Source: Eledone cirrhosa
Lineage: Eukaryota
NCBI GenBank assembly: GCA_964016885.1
Contig: OZ024745.1
Span: 127,596,001 to 127,660,000 of the forward strand
DNA: 64,000 bases
Reading direction: 5' to 3'
Part shown: positions 46,108 to 61,520 of the stretch, one piece after another
Numbering within the stretch: position 1 is the first letter of the stretch
Layout: each line of letters begins with the position of its first letter
Translations under genes and position numbers: made by a program
Notes under the pieces: model-generated
What the model was told of the DNA's origin: nothing
Databases searched by the model: none
Seen by the model: only the letters and a program-made list of their open reading frames with translations

Positions 46108-46711
46108 CTACAACTCAAGCTGAACTACAGTGTCGACATTTCAGGCGTGCCGAATTATTTTGATGACACCTTATTAGCTTAATACCTCTTCACTTTAACG
46201 CACTAATATTTCAAAGCATTAAGGCTCATGGGAAACGCATGAATGCTACCATCTCCCATCCACCCCCCTTTTATGAATTTATTCATTCATTTATTCATTC
46301 ATTCATTCTCTTTTCTCTCCCTTACATTATTTGGCCCTTTATTGCCCTCGTCAAAGGAAATCCTTATGACTGTTACTATTATTATGAACGGTTATTATAT
46401 CGGTTAGAAGGAAGTAGCCATGTTTCTCCACAAGCTGACATAGAAAGAAAAAGATGTACGAGAGCGTGGCAGCAGAGGGTGGGAGGGTTCCAATTGATCA
46501 AAGGGTGGGAGTGGTGGTGGTGGTGGTGGTGGGGTGTATCTTGACAAAGTCCAGATGTTTGAGGTGGAGAATTGTAGAGAGTAAAAGTACTGCATAATTA
46601 TTATTGTTTTTTTAAAAATGTAATGAAGGTAGTATTGGTTATGGTGGCGGTGAGGGTAAGGATAGGGAAATGAAGAAACAAATAGTCACGTGAATAATTA
46701 CTAAAAACATA

Positions 46712-46994
46712 TGTAGTAGTAATATTAGTAGTAGTAGTATTGGTAGTAGAGTAGTAGTAGTAGTAGTAGAGGTAGTAGTAGTGGTAGAGGTAATAGTAGT
46801 GGTAGTGGTGGTAATGGTAGTAGTAATGGTGGCGGTAGTATGAGTAGTAGTGGCGGTGGTACTAGTAGTAGTGGTGGTAGTAGTAGCAGTAGTAGTAGTG
46901 GTAGTAGTAGTGGTGGTAGTGGTAGCATTAGTAATAGTAGTAGTGGGGTGGGGTGGTAATAGTAGTAGGGTGGTGACGGTAGTAGTAGTAATAG

Positions 46995-47029
<35 letters not shown>

Positions 47030-47058
47030 GTAGTAGTAGTAGTAGTAGCAGCAGCAGC

Positions 47059-47090
<32 letters not shown>

Positions 47091-47110
47091 CAGTACTAGT
47101 ACTAGTATTA
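46712..47110. repeat. (GTA)n/(GTG)n/(TTA)n low-complexity repeat
   Basis: Direct inspection. Confidence 0.95.
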
Positions 47111-47479
47111 GCAACAGAATCAACATCAACGATAATTGATGTTTTTTTGTGCAGTACATAGTAATTATGGCCATGTTGTTAGAAAGAAAGTGACAAGTGA
47201 GGCTCAATATAGTTATAACAGAGAATGAACGATAATGAAGTATACAAACCATCTAAAACAGTAGACCTAATTGTTCTCAACGAGAGCAGTTTCAAGGCCA
47301 ATGTGTTGGAAAACAAAATTGAGAAGTACCTGATTTCATTAGATCAGAATCTAACAATTAGTTTAAATTAAAGAAGCATCGAAGTATTTATTATTGCCTA
47401 TTGCCATATGTGTCGCAACGATTACACAAAACAGCCATTCAAATCATAGCAACAATCTTATGTTAGTTAAGAAGAAGAA

Positions 47480-47697
47480 GGATCGATTGACTTTCGTCAA
47501 ATCGGACCGAGGAAACAATGTTTCCATTGGTCTTTCCAATTGCTAATACTATCTATCGGTGGTAACTCCTGGTAGAAGGAACAACGTGAAATAAAGTGTC
47601 TTGCTCAAGGACATAACGCATCGCTTGATCCAGGAATCGAACTCACAACCTCACGATTGGGAATCCAATTGTTTTACCACTCAGTCACGCGCGTTCA
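47480..47697 (-). mobile_element. CORE-type SINE
   Basis: Reverse-complement homologue of 12928-13140. Confidence 0.8.
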
Positions 47698-48121
47698 TTA
47701 TGTTAGCTAAAATACATTTTTAAGTGTCTAACTTGTTATAATATAAATTATAAAAATGTGTCTGTGTGTGTAAGAGAGAGAGAGAGAGAGGGGGGAGAGG
47801 GAAGAGTGAGAGAGTTGGAGAGAGAGTGAGAGAGAGAAAGTGAGAAAGAGAGAGATACTGTATGATGAAAATATGAAAAGAGTACTCAAACATCGGTACC
47901 TCCAAAGGATGAGTGTCGTGGCGTTGTTGGAGAACGTTCTCTGTAATGTAGAGCTTCAAGTGTAAGCAGCTTCACATAAGGACAGTTTGTATTCAGATTA
48001 TGAAATATTGAATACAAGTAGTTCCAGCAGAGAGAATGGAGAAAGCTTTGCCTTGGAAGATGATAAGAAGGACTCGCTTCTGCAGGTGACCAGCTCAAAC
48101 CCAGCGCATTTAGGGGGAAGC

Positions 48122-48162
<41 letters not shown>

Positions 48163-48290
48163 GAGGTTATATTTAATTTGTGGGATTCAACAAGCTTAAA
48201 CTTTTTATAACTGATATAAAGCACTCAACAGTTAGTGGAGTAAATACACAATATATTAATAAATGGAAATTATATTTATAAAACCATATT

Positions 48291-48356
48291 TATTTTATTA
48301 TATATATTTCAAGAGCAACCAAGGCAAATTATGGTGCGCTTTCATCAGATAAAATA
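48291..48356 (-). ncRNA. Type I HHR (family A)
   Basis: Minus strand tattttat-CTGATGA-aagcgcacca..tggttgctctt-GAAA-tatata-TA-ataaaata. Confidence 0.8.
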
Positions 48357-49769
48357 CAGATTAGTTTTATAAATAAATATTGACATACCCGGAAAAAAGA
48401 CAACCTTAACGGTTGGAGCTTCCTGGATAGTGGAGATAATATTTTATTGAGGGTAATACAAAGTTATGAGTGAGTATGCAATGCGTGTCCGAAAATTTGA
48501 AAAGATAACGGTTTATTTAAATTAAACTGTTGGAAGAAGATGATATGTAAGGGAGAGAGAAAAGAAAGGAGAAAGAGGAAAGAAAGAACGATTATACATA
48601 GTGATACTGAAGATAGTCAGAGTGAACGAAGAAATAAGATTAACGTGGAAGAATAATATTTAGAATGTATGGTTCATTGAAAAATAAATTAAAATTAAAA
48701 ATTAAAAATCAAAATTAATGATTAAAATTTACCTAATATTAAAAATTTTATTTAATATTAATATTAAAAATTAAAAATTAAAATTAAAAGTATTTATATT
48801 ATATTAAGATGTATTAGTAATAATATATTGGTTTAGATGTGTATGTTATGGATTATAAATTATTTAAATAAATATATAGTATTTTACATTAGAGAAAATC
48901 TAGTATAGTTTATTTTATTAAAGTAAGTTTGGCAAAATTATATTTATTAATAGTTGTAAGTCAGAACTTAAACATCCAAATAATTCTAAATTTATGAAAA
49001 TTTACGAGAGTTTACAAAGGAATAACTACTTAATTATATTATAAAAACAGTAAGGAAGTATAAAGGAAATTAGAAGTGATTTTTAAAGAACTCAAATGAC
49101 CCCAAGGATACATAAAACATCAAAAAAATCTTTTTTTTTTATTTTTTAAAAAGTTTTTCTATGAGAAGTCATAAATGTTATAAAGTTAAACAAATTTTTT
49201 TCTTAAGAATATAATTAAAACATAAACCATATGTTATTTTATAAGAAGTCATAAGTTTATCTCAAGAATATAATTAAAACATAAACCATAGGTTATTTTA
49301 TAAGAAGTCATAATTGTTATAAAGTTAAACAAATTTATCTTAAGAATATAGTTAAAACATAAATCATAGGTTATTCCACATATATATAAAAATCATATGT
49401 TATTCCACATATATATATTATGGATATATATTAAAAATGTTTAAAGATATAAAATATTGGAAGATATGAAAATAATGGTTTATCCATATCTTTCAAAGGA
49501 ACTTTCAAAGAATTTTCTAAAACCTTCAGAAAGTCTTTCAAGGAAAATTTTTCTTAAAAGAATTTCAAGTAGTCATATAAAAAGGTTATAATCCATTGAT
49601 AAGTGTAATAATATAAAGTATATTTATGAAGTAGAGATAATAGAAAGTAAATTAAATATATATGAATCATATATAGATATAATCTGAAGGATGAAGTTGT
49701 AGGTGGTTGGATATAGAAAACATTATGTAAAGGAGATTAACCATATATTACATTTTATATATATATATC

Positions 49770-50390
49770 TAAAAGTTGAGTTTAAACGATATTTACAAGA
49801 ACTAAATAAATTATTACGCAAATTAATAGAGTTCTTACTTTTTAGTATAAAGTATATTTCTTCAACGCAAATGGAGCAATTTTTGGATATAGCTGTGTAT
49901 GATGGAGCTTTGGAGATAATTTCCCAAGATAAAGAATAGTTAATATTCTTGGATTTTAAGTTCCATAATAAGTTGGATAGAGAAGTTGAAATTTTTTACC
50001 AATATTCGTAAAGGAACATTTATGGTTATTGAAACGAGATTTGAAGTCGACATAGTTAAAGGAATTTTCATTGGTTTTGACATTACAATTGTATACTATA
50101 TTTTTAACTAAACAGTTATTATTTAGAGGACAGTTAAATTTATTTCTACAATTACATTTATCTGAATTTATATTATTGGGAGTCGTAACATTATATTGGA
50201 TATTGCTAGGGGTATTAATGCTATTCTGGTTAGGTTTTAAGTTTCTATTATTAATTCTATTAATATTCTGCGCTAAATTCATAGTGGTGGAATATGAGAG
50301 TTTAATAGTATGCTACTAAAGATTGAGTAATATCTGTGTATCTTAGGAAAACACTTATCTAGAGCTTTAAAAAATAATTTAGCTATTGGA
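49770..50390 (-). pseudogene. PLE GIY-YIG endonuclease with Cys-rich linker (frameshifted)
   Basis: LDKCFPKIHRY..CNCRNKFNCPLNNNCLVKNIVY..FKSRFNNHKCSF / LSNLLWNLK..WEIISKAPSY..CSICVEE..INLRNNLFSSCKYR. Confidence 0.85.
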
Positions 50391-50566
50391 GAAAGACTTT
50401 CTGAAGGTTTTAGAAAATTCTTTGAAAGATATAGAAAAACCATTATTTTCATATCTTCCAATATTTTATATCTTCAAACAAAACAAAACAAAACAAAACA
50501 AAACAGCAATTTCAAAATCTAAGCCACAGTTGTATGAGCCTTGTATGTTCATGTATATAAGCATAT

Positions 50567-50756
50567 AATTGTTTCTACTTTTGGCACAAGGCTAGCAATT
50601 ACTCCAGTGCATTACTGGTACTTTATTTTATCGACCCCATAAGGATGAAAGGCAAAGTTAACCTCGGCGGGATTTGAACTCAGACCATAAAGAGCCGTAA
50701 CACTTTGCTACAAAGCATGGCGTCAGACCCTCTACCGATATTGCCAATCCACCGCC
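50567..50756 (-). mobile_element. Main-family tRNA SINE
   Basis: Full-length copy. Confidence 0.85.
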
Positions 50757-50769
50757 TCTCAAGCAAATA

Positions 50770-51072
50770 ATATCGAATGAATAGAAGTAAACATACACAC
50801 ACACGTGCACTAGTTCCGAATACAGAGGAACCGAAATCCCACTGTCATCGCCTCCGTCCTTCTCGCCCTCCCCATCTCTTACTATCATGAGCAAATGGGG
50901 TCCCACGCGATGGCTGGCCGCCCCATGGCCCCGGCGGACAGAATAGAGAAGACGTTTCCTCGGAGGATGGTGAGAGAGATGCTCTGGAAGAGATATTCTA
51001 TCTCGTGATGCTCACCTATGGTGGTGAGTAGGGAGGTAGCCCTAGAGCCAAGGACACCAGAGGTCAGCACTG
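50770..51072 (-). mobile_element. 3' fragment of a CRE-like (RLE) non-LTR element
   Basis: TSGVLGSRA..GEHHEIEYLFQSISLTILRGNVFSIL resembles the YLxQRxSxxxxRGNA C-terminus. Confidence 0.6.
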
Positions 51073-51254
51073 CATGTATCTTAATTTTTACACCAATGAT
51101 AACACTCGTGAGGTTTAGTACTGCTGCTCAGTGCTCAGCGAAATGATGGCGATGATCGTTCTTATAAAAATTTCTATTTACATACGTTTGATTTATCTAA
51201 CAAGGAAGTATTTGTCAAATAAGAAAGAAAACAGATACGCAATATACGTTATAG

Positions 51255-51512
<258 letters not shown>

Positions 51513-51562
51513 AATATATATATATATATATGTATGTATATATATATATGTATTTATATATA

Positions 51563-51616
<54 letters not shown>

Positions 51617-51620
51617 ATTT

Positions 51621-51659
<39 letters not shown>

Positions 51660-51723
51660 AATATATGTATATATATATATATATGTATGTATATATATAT
51701 ATGTATGTATATATATATGTATG

Positions 51724-51795
<72 letters not shown>

Positions 51796-51830
51796 AAAGT
51801 ATATATATATAAATATATATATATAAAAAA

Positions 51831-51872
<42 letters not shown>

Positions 51873-53057
51873 ACATACATGTATATCTAAACTATAATAA
51901 AGGAAGGTCTGCGGTACTGCGTACGGTTTATTTTTTTTATCCTGTTAGTAAAATAAGTTGGATTACTTTGAATAAATAATGAATGAATATTACATAATTT
52001 ATCTACTAAATTTCGTAAACAAAAATAATTTCGTAAAAATAATATATATAATATATATATGTGTATATATAGATGTGTATGTACGTGTGTTTGTGTGAGG
52101 GTTTTTGTGTGTGTGTATGTGTGTACGTGTTAGTATGTGTGAGTTTGTATGCGTTTGTGTTCGGGCAAATGTGCGCGTGTGTGTGTGTGCGTGTGTAAGT
52201 GCGTGTATGTGTGTGTGTGTTCGTGGATGTGTGCGTGTATATGTTTATGTGAATGTATGTGCGTGTGTATGTGTGTTCGTTTGCATGTGTGCGGGTGTAT
52301 GTGTGCGTGTATATGTATAAGCCAGTACAGACAGAAAAAGAGGAGCGAGAAAATATAGAAATAATATGTAAATACTAAATGAGATTAATTAATTTACCGG
52401 GTTAATAACCTTCCAATATATAACAGAGTCGTTCATACTATTGCGTGTTATCTTTCTTTCCGTTCAGCCTGATGTTAATTCGCATGTCAAGAATAAATTA
52501 GCTCCATTTACAGTGTTTCAATAGAAATCTTAAGAAGTTTTGTTGCTCAGTCGGCAACGATGTTACCTGGATTACAGACCTTATCTCTGCATTAAAACGA
52601 AATATCCAGTGGTCTTTCAAGACCCCCTGCTGGTTATGGGGCCGATATTTACTTCAATAAACACACTTGTCAGTTATTCTTCTTTGTTTATATATCGTAA
52701 CATATTGGTAATTTGTGCAATGAATCTTATGTTATAGTTTGTGCTTAACCATATACCATATATATATACATGTGATCATGTCTCAGCGATCTCAGCTACC
52801 GGCGATCATTCCAGATAAATGTTTCTGGGTGTTTATCCTTCATTGGTGACATGTTCTTACTCGGTGCTGGGCGGTAAGTAGGCCAAGGCCTATACGGTTG
52901 CATACAGTGCGAACCGTCAACAACGAAAGAAAAAAAAATCCAGAAACAGCTGTAGGAAAAAACAAAACCCTTCAAAGAGCGGATCAACTCATGAAAGTTA
53001 AAGGTCAATTACTTCGTCCTGTATTCACCTTCGATGGTCTACTTCCTTAGCTGAAGC

Positions 53058-53402
53058 AATAACAACAATGGAGCTAAAGGCGAGCAAGACACTGCCCCCT
53101 GGAGCAGATACAAACTAAGCAGTATAGAAATGCCTAAACAGACTAAGATGTGGTGTTGGATGTGCAAATATCAATCTAGCAAAATGGGGATATTTAAAGG
53201 ATGGGGACGTTGTGTGTAACTGCGGTATCGAACCACAGACTACGCAGCACCTCCTGATATGACCCCTGCTGGAACACCCCTGCACAGCATTGGACTTGGT
53301 AGAGTTTAATGAGAAAATACAGCAATGTGTTCAGCTGTGGGGGAACCAGATCTAGCCAAGCTTTGTAACTGACACTCTTGTGGACACGACACAAAGGAAG
53401 GA
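53058..53402 (+). mobile_element. 5'-truncated Ingi/Vingi-like LINE with TSD AGCTGAAGC
   Basis: KCLNRLRCGVG..LAKWGY..CNCGIEPQTTQHLL; direct repeats at 53049-57 and 53403-11. Confidence 0.75.
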
Positions 53403-53559
53403 AGCTGAAGCTGTACCGAAGAGGTTAAACTTCGCACAATAAAACACGAGGACTATTGTTAAAAGGGTCCAGAAGCACACATGTGCACCGATATTTGTTA
53501 TCAGCAGATCGAAAAAGTGTGGCTGGTCTTATACAAACCTTTTTCTCTCTAAACAAATC

Positions 53560-53860
53560 ATCAGTATGGTAGTACATTACCAAAGCAATCAGTTCCATGC
53601 AATACCAACCAGTAACTGGTCCACTGGCGAGTGTTTAAAGCCGAAAGGACATGTAAAGGATTATTGGAAGTCTCTAGCTGGTACTCTACATAGTGGCAAC
53701 CATTGGGTGATGGCCATTCTAGTACAAAGCAGTGATCAATTATGCTGTCTTTGTCCTGCAGTGGCGACAGAGCAAGTCTTTTTAGTCGTAGCACAGCTTT
53801 CTATAATCAGAGGAGGAGAAAAAAAGTAGCCCTAACCATTGTTTGCTCACTTCTCCAACT
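53560..53860 (+). pseudogene. Possible hAT transposase C-terminal dimerisation remnant
   Basis: KDYWKSLAG..MLSLSCS/VATEQVF spread across frames, resembling YW..L..SxxxERxFS. Confidence 0.4.
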
Positions 53861-54020
53861 TGGCAAACCGTTGCAACTATCTGCTTATTTAGTAACACAG
53901 GACCAGACGGATCTTAAGCTGGTAGACAAGAGATGGGGGAACCTTTTCATGTTGAAAGGCTGCATTAAGTAAGTTACTTGGAATATAATAAGGCCTCATT
54001 CAAGAAACCATAGTCATATA

Positions 54021-54470
54021 CAGTAGAATCTCGTAGTACGAGTGCTCCATTGTATTCGTAATGTGCTGTAGAGCCGAGCTCGTACGAATATTTGTCTTGT
54101 AATACGAGTGGAAATCCGCAGCACGAGGGAGTTTCATGCAAGCGACTGCTAGTCCGCGCTGAGCTCGCACACAACAAACGCAGCCACCGCTCGCTCAGTT
54201 CACGTGTTTATCCCATTGTGGCAGCAACTTTATTGTGTTTTCCCAGAGTTTTTTTCTTGTTTTAGTTTTGTCCTTTTTTTTTTGCTATCATTTTATAATA
54301 ATTAGTGGAAGAAAACCCATAAAAATGATTTTGGGGTGGTTTTGGGGAGCTGGAACGGATTATTTATATTTTAATTAATTTCAATATTGAAAATTGATTT
54401 GTAAAACGATTAAACCGTAAAACGAGCTCGGCCATGGAACTAATTAAACTCATACTGCGAGGTATCACTA
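54021..54470. mobile_element. Non-autonomous pogo/Tigger-like element
   Basis: TA-CAGTAGAATCTCGTAGTACGAGT..ACTCATACTGCGAGGTATCACTA-TA. Confidence 0.7.
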
Positions 54471-54743
54471 TATTCTTAAAATCTATATTATTTTGTAAAA
54501 ATCTAATTAGTATGTACTAATTATCTGAAATAAGAAAAAAAAAATGCAATTAATTTTAAAGTTAACTACCTTCTAATGACTTCGTTGTGACTGTTTGTTG
54601 CAGATTTGAACTGAAAATATTGATGTACAAGACTAAATACTATTTCATACAATATAGTTCTTGGACTTCCTACTTTCATCTAGGTCGATCAGTGGTGCTG
54701 GTCTGTGCCTTATGTAGGTGTGTCTCTTTATGTGTGTGTGCGT

Positions 54744-54806
<63 letters not shown>

Positions 54807-54847
54807 GAGTTTTAAATTTGGGGTTCATTAAAGAGTGTGCGTTATGA

Positions 54848-54905
<58 letters not shown>

Positions 54906-55127
54906 TCATATACATGTATATTAATATATACATAGGGGAGGGTCATATTTGCGTAATATTGCCAGAATTAATAACAGAACACACTCACTGTTTGGTTGGT
55001 TTTCGTTTTTCGCTTCTGTGTCTTTTATATCGGTTAATTTAATTTATTCGGTCCTCAATGTTGCCATTGACTGACCAACGGTAAAAAATACAGATACAAT
55101 ATAGACACAAACACATATATATAGTTT

Positions 55128-55169
55128 ATCAAAGTTCTTTCGTTGCACATCTGCAACATCGTCAGTGGT
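55128..55169 (-). ncRNA. Type I HHR (family B, left arm)
   Basis: Mirror of 56031-56072. Confidence 0.7.
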
Positions 55170-56030
55170 GCTATTGTTTCCTCCCGTTGCATTGTATTTT
55201 CTACGCCATCTTTATTTAGTCTGTTTATATATTTATTTATTTGTTGTTTTTTTTTGTCTTCTTTGCGCATGCGTTTGCGTGTGTGTATAGTGTTTTGTTT
55301 GATGTGTGTTCGTGATTGGGTGACTATGTATTGGTTAATGTATTCTATCTTTACTAGTGTGTGTTTATATGTGTTTGTTGTTATTGTGCTTGTGTATGTA
55401 TTTATTTATTTATCTATTTATTTATTTATTTATACTTCTCTTAGGTCAGTGTTGTTTGTTTGGGTGTTGTTCTTATTCCATTCATTTTTTCTGTTTAGCC
55501 TTGGCTTTCTAAGCTCTATTTCACTGGCCTCTCTGATTTGCCTATCTGCTGGGTCATTTCTATGTTTAGATATTATTCTAATTTTTATGTTGACAACATA
55601 GACAACATAGAAATTAGAATAATATCTAAACATAGAAATGACCCAGCAGATAGGCAAATCAGAGAGGCCAGTGAAATAGAACTTAGAAGGCCAAGGCTAA
55701 CAGAAAAAATGAATGGAATAACAACACCCAAACAAACAACACTGACCTAAGAGAAGTATAAATAAATAAATAAATAAATAGATAAATAAATAAATAATTA
55801 CATACACAAGCACAATAACAACAAACACATATAAACACACACTAGTAAAGATAGAATACATTAACCAATACACAGTCACCCAATCACGAACACACATCAA
55901 ACAAAACACTATACACACACGCAAACGAATGCGCAAAGAAGACAAAAAAAACCCAACAAATAAATAAATATATAAACAGACTAAATAAAGATGGCGTAGA
56001 AAATACAATGCAACGGGAGGAAACAATAGC

Positions 56031-56072
56031 ACCACTGACGATGTTGCAGATGTGCAACGAAAGAACTTTGAT
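56031..56072 (+). ncRNA. Type I HHR (family B, right arm)
   Basis: acca-CTGACGA-t-gttgca(gatg)tgcaac-GAAA-gaac-TT-tgat; stem II covaries with 449-491; stem I has one mismatch. Confidence 0.7.
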
Positions 56073-56322
56073 AAACTATATATATGTGTTTGTGTCTATA
56101 TTGTATCTGTATTTTTTACCGTTGGTCAGTCAATGGCAACATTGAGGACCGAATAAATTAAATTAACCGATATAAAAGACACAGAAGCGAAAAACGAAAA
56201 CCAACCAAACAGTGAGTGTGTTCTGTTATTAATTCTGGCAATATTACACAAATATGACCCTCTCCAAGTATAACAATATTTGTTTCGACACACGATTTCA
56301 TATCAAAAACCTCGCAAAACTA

Positions 56323-56478
<156 letters not shown>

Positions 56479-56585
56479 GAATATATAAATATATATATAT
56501 ATATAAAGAGAAAAAGTGGGAGAGAGTTTTGAATAAAGAAAGCAAGACGGAGTATAGCGATTGTGTGCGTATGTATGTAGGTAAC

Positions 56586-56624
<39 letters not shown>

Positions 56625-56756
56625 ATAGCCAGATAAGTATGTAGTTAACAAGCTGGGTTTATAAATACAAGAAGAAAGGGCACATATAGAACTAGAGAGA
56701 GAAAGAGAGGGCATAGAACGGGATAGAGAGAGAAAGTGGGAGAGAAAAAAAAGAGA

Positions 56757-56833
<77 letters not shown>

Positions 56834-58099
56834 ATTATCATAAATATATAATGAATAAAGTGTTTTTCTCTTCTTACCGGAGAACGCCCAAACTATTGAA
56901 AAGTGCTGATCTGGAATTCCTAGCACCTGTTAGCATTTTATAGGTTGTTTTTAAGTGCACCGCACTGTATAGTGAATATCGCTTCCTTCCTTACATTATC
57001 CCGCTAATAAAATAGGTTTCTTTTCTCTAGGACCTAAAATGCGTTCTGGAGGAGACGTGGGTAGTCATAATTTTTCATGATTACAAATAAAAGGTGCTAC
57101 AGGTGAAAGTGAAGTCAATGGACATCAATAGAGGAGCAAAACTAGGTAACGGATGATGAATGATGATCAGGAATATTTTTGCATGATCATAGACGATCAC
57201 TACCGCCAAGATGTCGCTCGACCTGTTAGATAGAAATAACATTAAAATCTCTCTCAGATCCTTCACTGCTGTCTTAAACAGGAAATGTATATTATTTTCC
57301 CAGCTGGGTCTATAAGAAAGTACCGGTAATATTTTAGATTGGTTAAGGTGGTGACTTTGAAAATAATTTAAGCGACAAAGAAAATGCATTGCAGTATTTA
57401 GTTATGTTCCTTTATGTTTTAGTTAAAATATCGATGTATGTCAAGAAAATTATAGCGTTCTAGTGAGTCTAGTGAATCTTGGGTTTATGTCAGAAATCAT
57501 TGATAATGAGGTATTGTGAACTGGATTGGAAATACCAAGAACAGGTTTCTCTTGATCAATGTTTCCAAGTACCCTTTGAGACAGGTGGTGAAATTGGAGA
57601 GGAAATAAGACTGCACATTTTATAGAAAATAGATATAGGTGTCGGTCATTACTTTGATAACGAAGATAAACCTATCAGTTTCGACTGGACATTGAACCAG
57701 AGTGATCAAGTTTTATATAATATCTCAAATTGAACGAAGCCTCTAACCACTTCCTGTTTATCACTTTTAAGATGTAGCTAGCTTCCGGCACTACTACAGC
57801 CGTCATTTACAATCAAGTATAACTTGATACTATGTACAATTCTTTAGGTGTCCATGCAGTCACGAGCAGACACACACCCTTACTCAGCCCTTCCTCATTC
57901 AATCCATCGAAACATCTAATATATGACAGCCAGAAGGATAATTGACTATAACTTACTTTATCGATCCCGAAAGGATGAAAAGTATAGGAAACCTCGGCAA
58001 GATTTGAATGCAGAATTCAGGGACTCGAAAAAACTCTCTAACTACTCTGCCAAATAAGACCAGCCAAACCTGTCGGCACTCTTCTTCTTCTTCTTCTGG

Positions 58100-58335
58100 T
58101 TGATTTTACCCGTAAAATCTGCCCAGCGATTCTTTCCTAAGACATCCTAACCACATGCTCATAGTATCGGAGCTGTGATCTTGCAATTCGGAGAAATACT
58201 TGCTCTACATGGAATGACTCTTTGAACCCCAAACTACGTACTTTATCGATTAACGTTACTCAAAAAACCCTCGGGAAGTACAACCATTTCGGTCGCTTGT
58301 ATTTGCGATCATATTCTTTCAGTCGTTACCCACTA
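58100..58335 (-). mobile_element. RTE-clade LINE fragment
   Basis: Homologous to 18770-18995 (GTATCGGAGCTGTGATCT). Confidence 0.75.
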
Positions 58336-59129
58336 ATATGTTAATTACTTTTTTCTTATTTTTCTAATTCATTACACGTTTTAGAATCATCCGAGTTTGT
58401 CGGATATTTTCCTTTTCAGATTAGTCACTTCATCCTAATGCGTCAAATCTGTTAATCCGTCCTTGTTCTTTAGTTATTTTCTCCAAATTCCTTTAAAGTA
58501 CGGTTGGTTTCATTGTCAATGTATAAAAACTTGGTTAACATGACAATTTTGAAAGTGGACCTGGCGTATGAGCTCCATTGATATAACACTCTGGAAAAGT
58601 CTGAAAAATATTTTGAAACTGTGTAAGAGTCGTAGCTTCTAACTTGATGTCATATATAGTAAGCTAGTGGCTGATCATGGCCCACCTGATCTTGTACGCA
58701 ATCCTTGTACAGTTTCAAGGTACGGTTAATGAGAGAAAAACCAGTGAGAACAAAAGTGATGAAAGTGAATTAGTTACCTAGGTATATTTGCGTTTTTATA
58801 ACAACACTCTCGTATGATTTGATACTATGTTTGTTTTTGTTTCATTTTAACATAGTATGCTTTTCATAAATCATAAAGTTACTAACCATAATTTATACAT
58901 AATATGTTTTCATTATAATTTATACATAGTATGCTTTTCATAAATCGTAGTCACTAACGATAATTTATACATCCTAACTGACTTAATAATCCACGAATGC
59001 TAAACATTAACATAGTGTTTGTTTTTAGTTAACCAATCAAGAGTATAAGGTCTATTAATGCATGCAGTATTTTAATATTGTCTGCTGGAACAGTTAGCGC
59101 ATGGAACAAAATGACTTGTGGTATAAGTT

Positions 59130-59825
59130 ACTTACGTTCTGACTTTAAAATTTCGCCAGGGTCAACTTTGACTATCATCCTTCGCGAATTGATAAAATTA
59201 TCAAGGGATCATCTAGTTAACTGTTACGCGATCCCCGAAATTCTGGCCTTGTTTCTGTATGTTAGAAATAATTGTTTCAACTTTTGACACAAGGTCAGCA
59301 ATTATCCCACTGCATTGCTGGTACTTTATTTTATCGACCCTGTAAGGATGAAAGGCAAAGTTAATCTCGGCGGAATTTGAACTCAGACCATAAAGGGCCG
59401 TAAAAAGTTGTGGATTAACAGCATCGTTAGAGTGTTGGCAAAAATGCTTTGCGATGTTTGTTCTGGGTGTGTAAATTCTGAATTCAAATCCCGCCATTAT
59501 AAAATTTGCATTTCATCCTTTCGGGGCCGATAAAATTATGTAACAGTCAAGTATTGAGGCCAATGTAATTGACTTTTCCATTCTCCATTGTTCTGGCATT
59601 TTGTCTACATAAGAAACAATTGTTATAGACTTTCGGTGAATTGGCAGTATCGGTAGAAGGTCGGATGCCATGTTTTGCAGCAAAGAGTTACGGCCCTTTA
59701 CGTTCTGAGTTCAAATCCCGCCGTGGTAAACTTTGCCTTCCATCCTTACGGGTTCGATAAAACAAAGTACCAGTAATGCACTAGGGTATTTGCTGTCCTT
59801 GTGACAAACGTAGAAATAATAATAA
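59130..59825. mobile_element. Cluster of main-family SINEs: 59130-59270(+, old), 59268-59402(-), 59408-59623(+, old), 59634-59825(+)
   Basis: Shared B box and central domain. Confidence 0.75.
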
Positions 59826-60122
59826 TTATTATTGATGCTGTTGTTGTTGTTGCTTTCATTGTTGTAGTCTTCAAATAGTAAGGAAGTAGACGAAATTACT
59901 GAAGATGTCTTCATGGGTATATTTACTGTCGTCAAGTGTGGACTGTTTTCTTTTGTGTCACTTTTGTCATATAGAAATATATACAGAGGCTTTGATTGGC
60001 TTTGTGGGAGCGGACTAAAGAGAAATACAAAGCATGAACCCATATTGAATCTTTATTTACTGAGATTCTATAAACAGTTCTTAAATAAATATTTCATTTA
60101 CTCATTCGTACACTATTACATT

Positions 60123-60997
<875 letters not shown>

Positions 60998-61099
60998 CAT
61001 AAACAGAGGCATACACACAAGCACAGACACACTCAAGCACGCGCATACACAGACACCAAACACAAGCACGTACACACACAGGCATATACACACACACAG

Positions 61100-61520
61100 A
61101 CACGCACGCGTACACACATACACCTATATATACACACATACAGGCACGCAAATATACACACGTAAACACACATAGACCTATATATACATACACAGGCACG
61201 CACATATACACACGTACACACACATAGTCCTATATATACATACACAGGCACGCACACGTACACACGTACACACATAGACCTATATATATATATACACAGT
61301 CACGCACATATACACACGTACACACACATACCTATATATACATACACAGGCACGCACACGTACACATGTACACACATAGACCTATATATACATACACAGG
61401 CACGCACATATACACACGTACACACATAGACCTATATATACATACACAGGTACGCACACGTGGACACGTACACACATAGACCTATATATGCATACACAGG
61501 TACGCACACGTGCACACGTA
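61100..61520. repeat. About 50-60-bp minisatellite derived from CA/TA repeats
   Basis: Recurring ACACACATAGACCTATATATACATACACAGGCACGCAC. Confidence 0.85.

Larger units (their letters stand above)
48160..50480 (-). mobile_element. 5'-truncated Penelope-like element: post-RT region, GIY-YIG endonuclease, long 3' region, HHR, inverted 5' segment
   Basis: ORF remnant at about 50390-49770; HHR at 48291-48356(-); 50388-50480 is an inverted copy of about 49438-49538; ends at (TA)n. Confidence 0.8.

Noticed and set aside
57060-57330. Possible exon or transposase remnant (also 38300-38900, 47886-48120)
   Set aside because: No recognisable motif or sustained reading frame by manual translation
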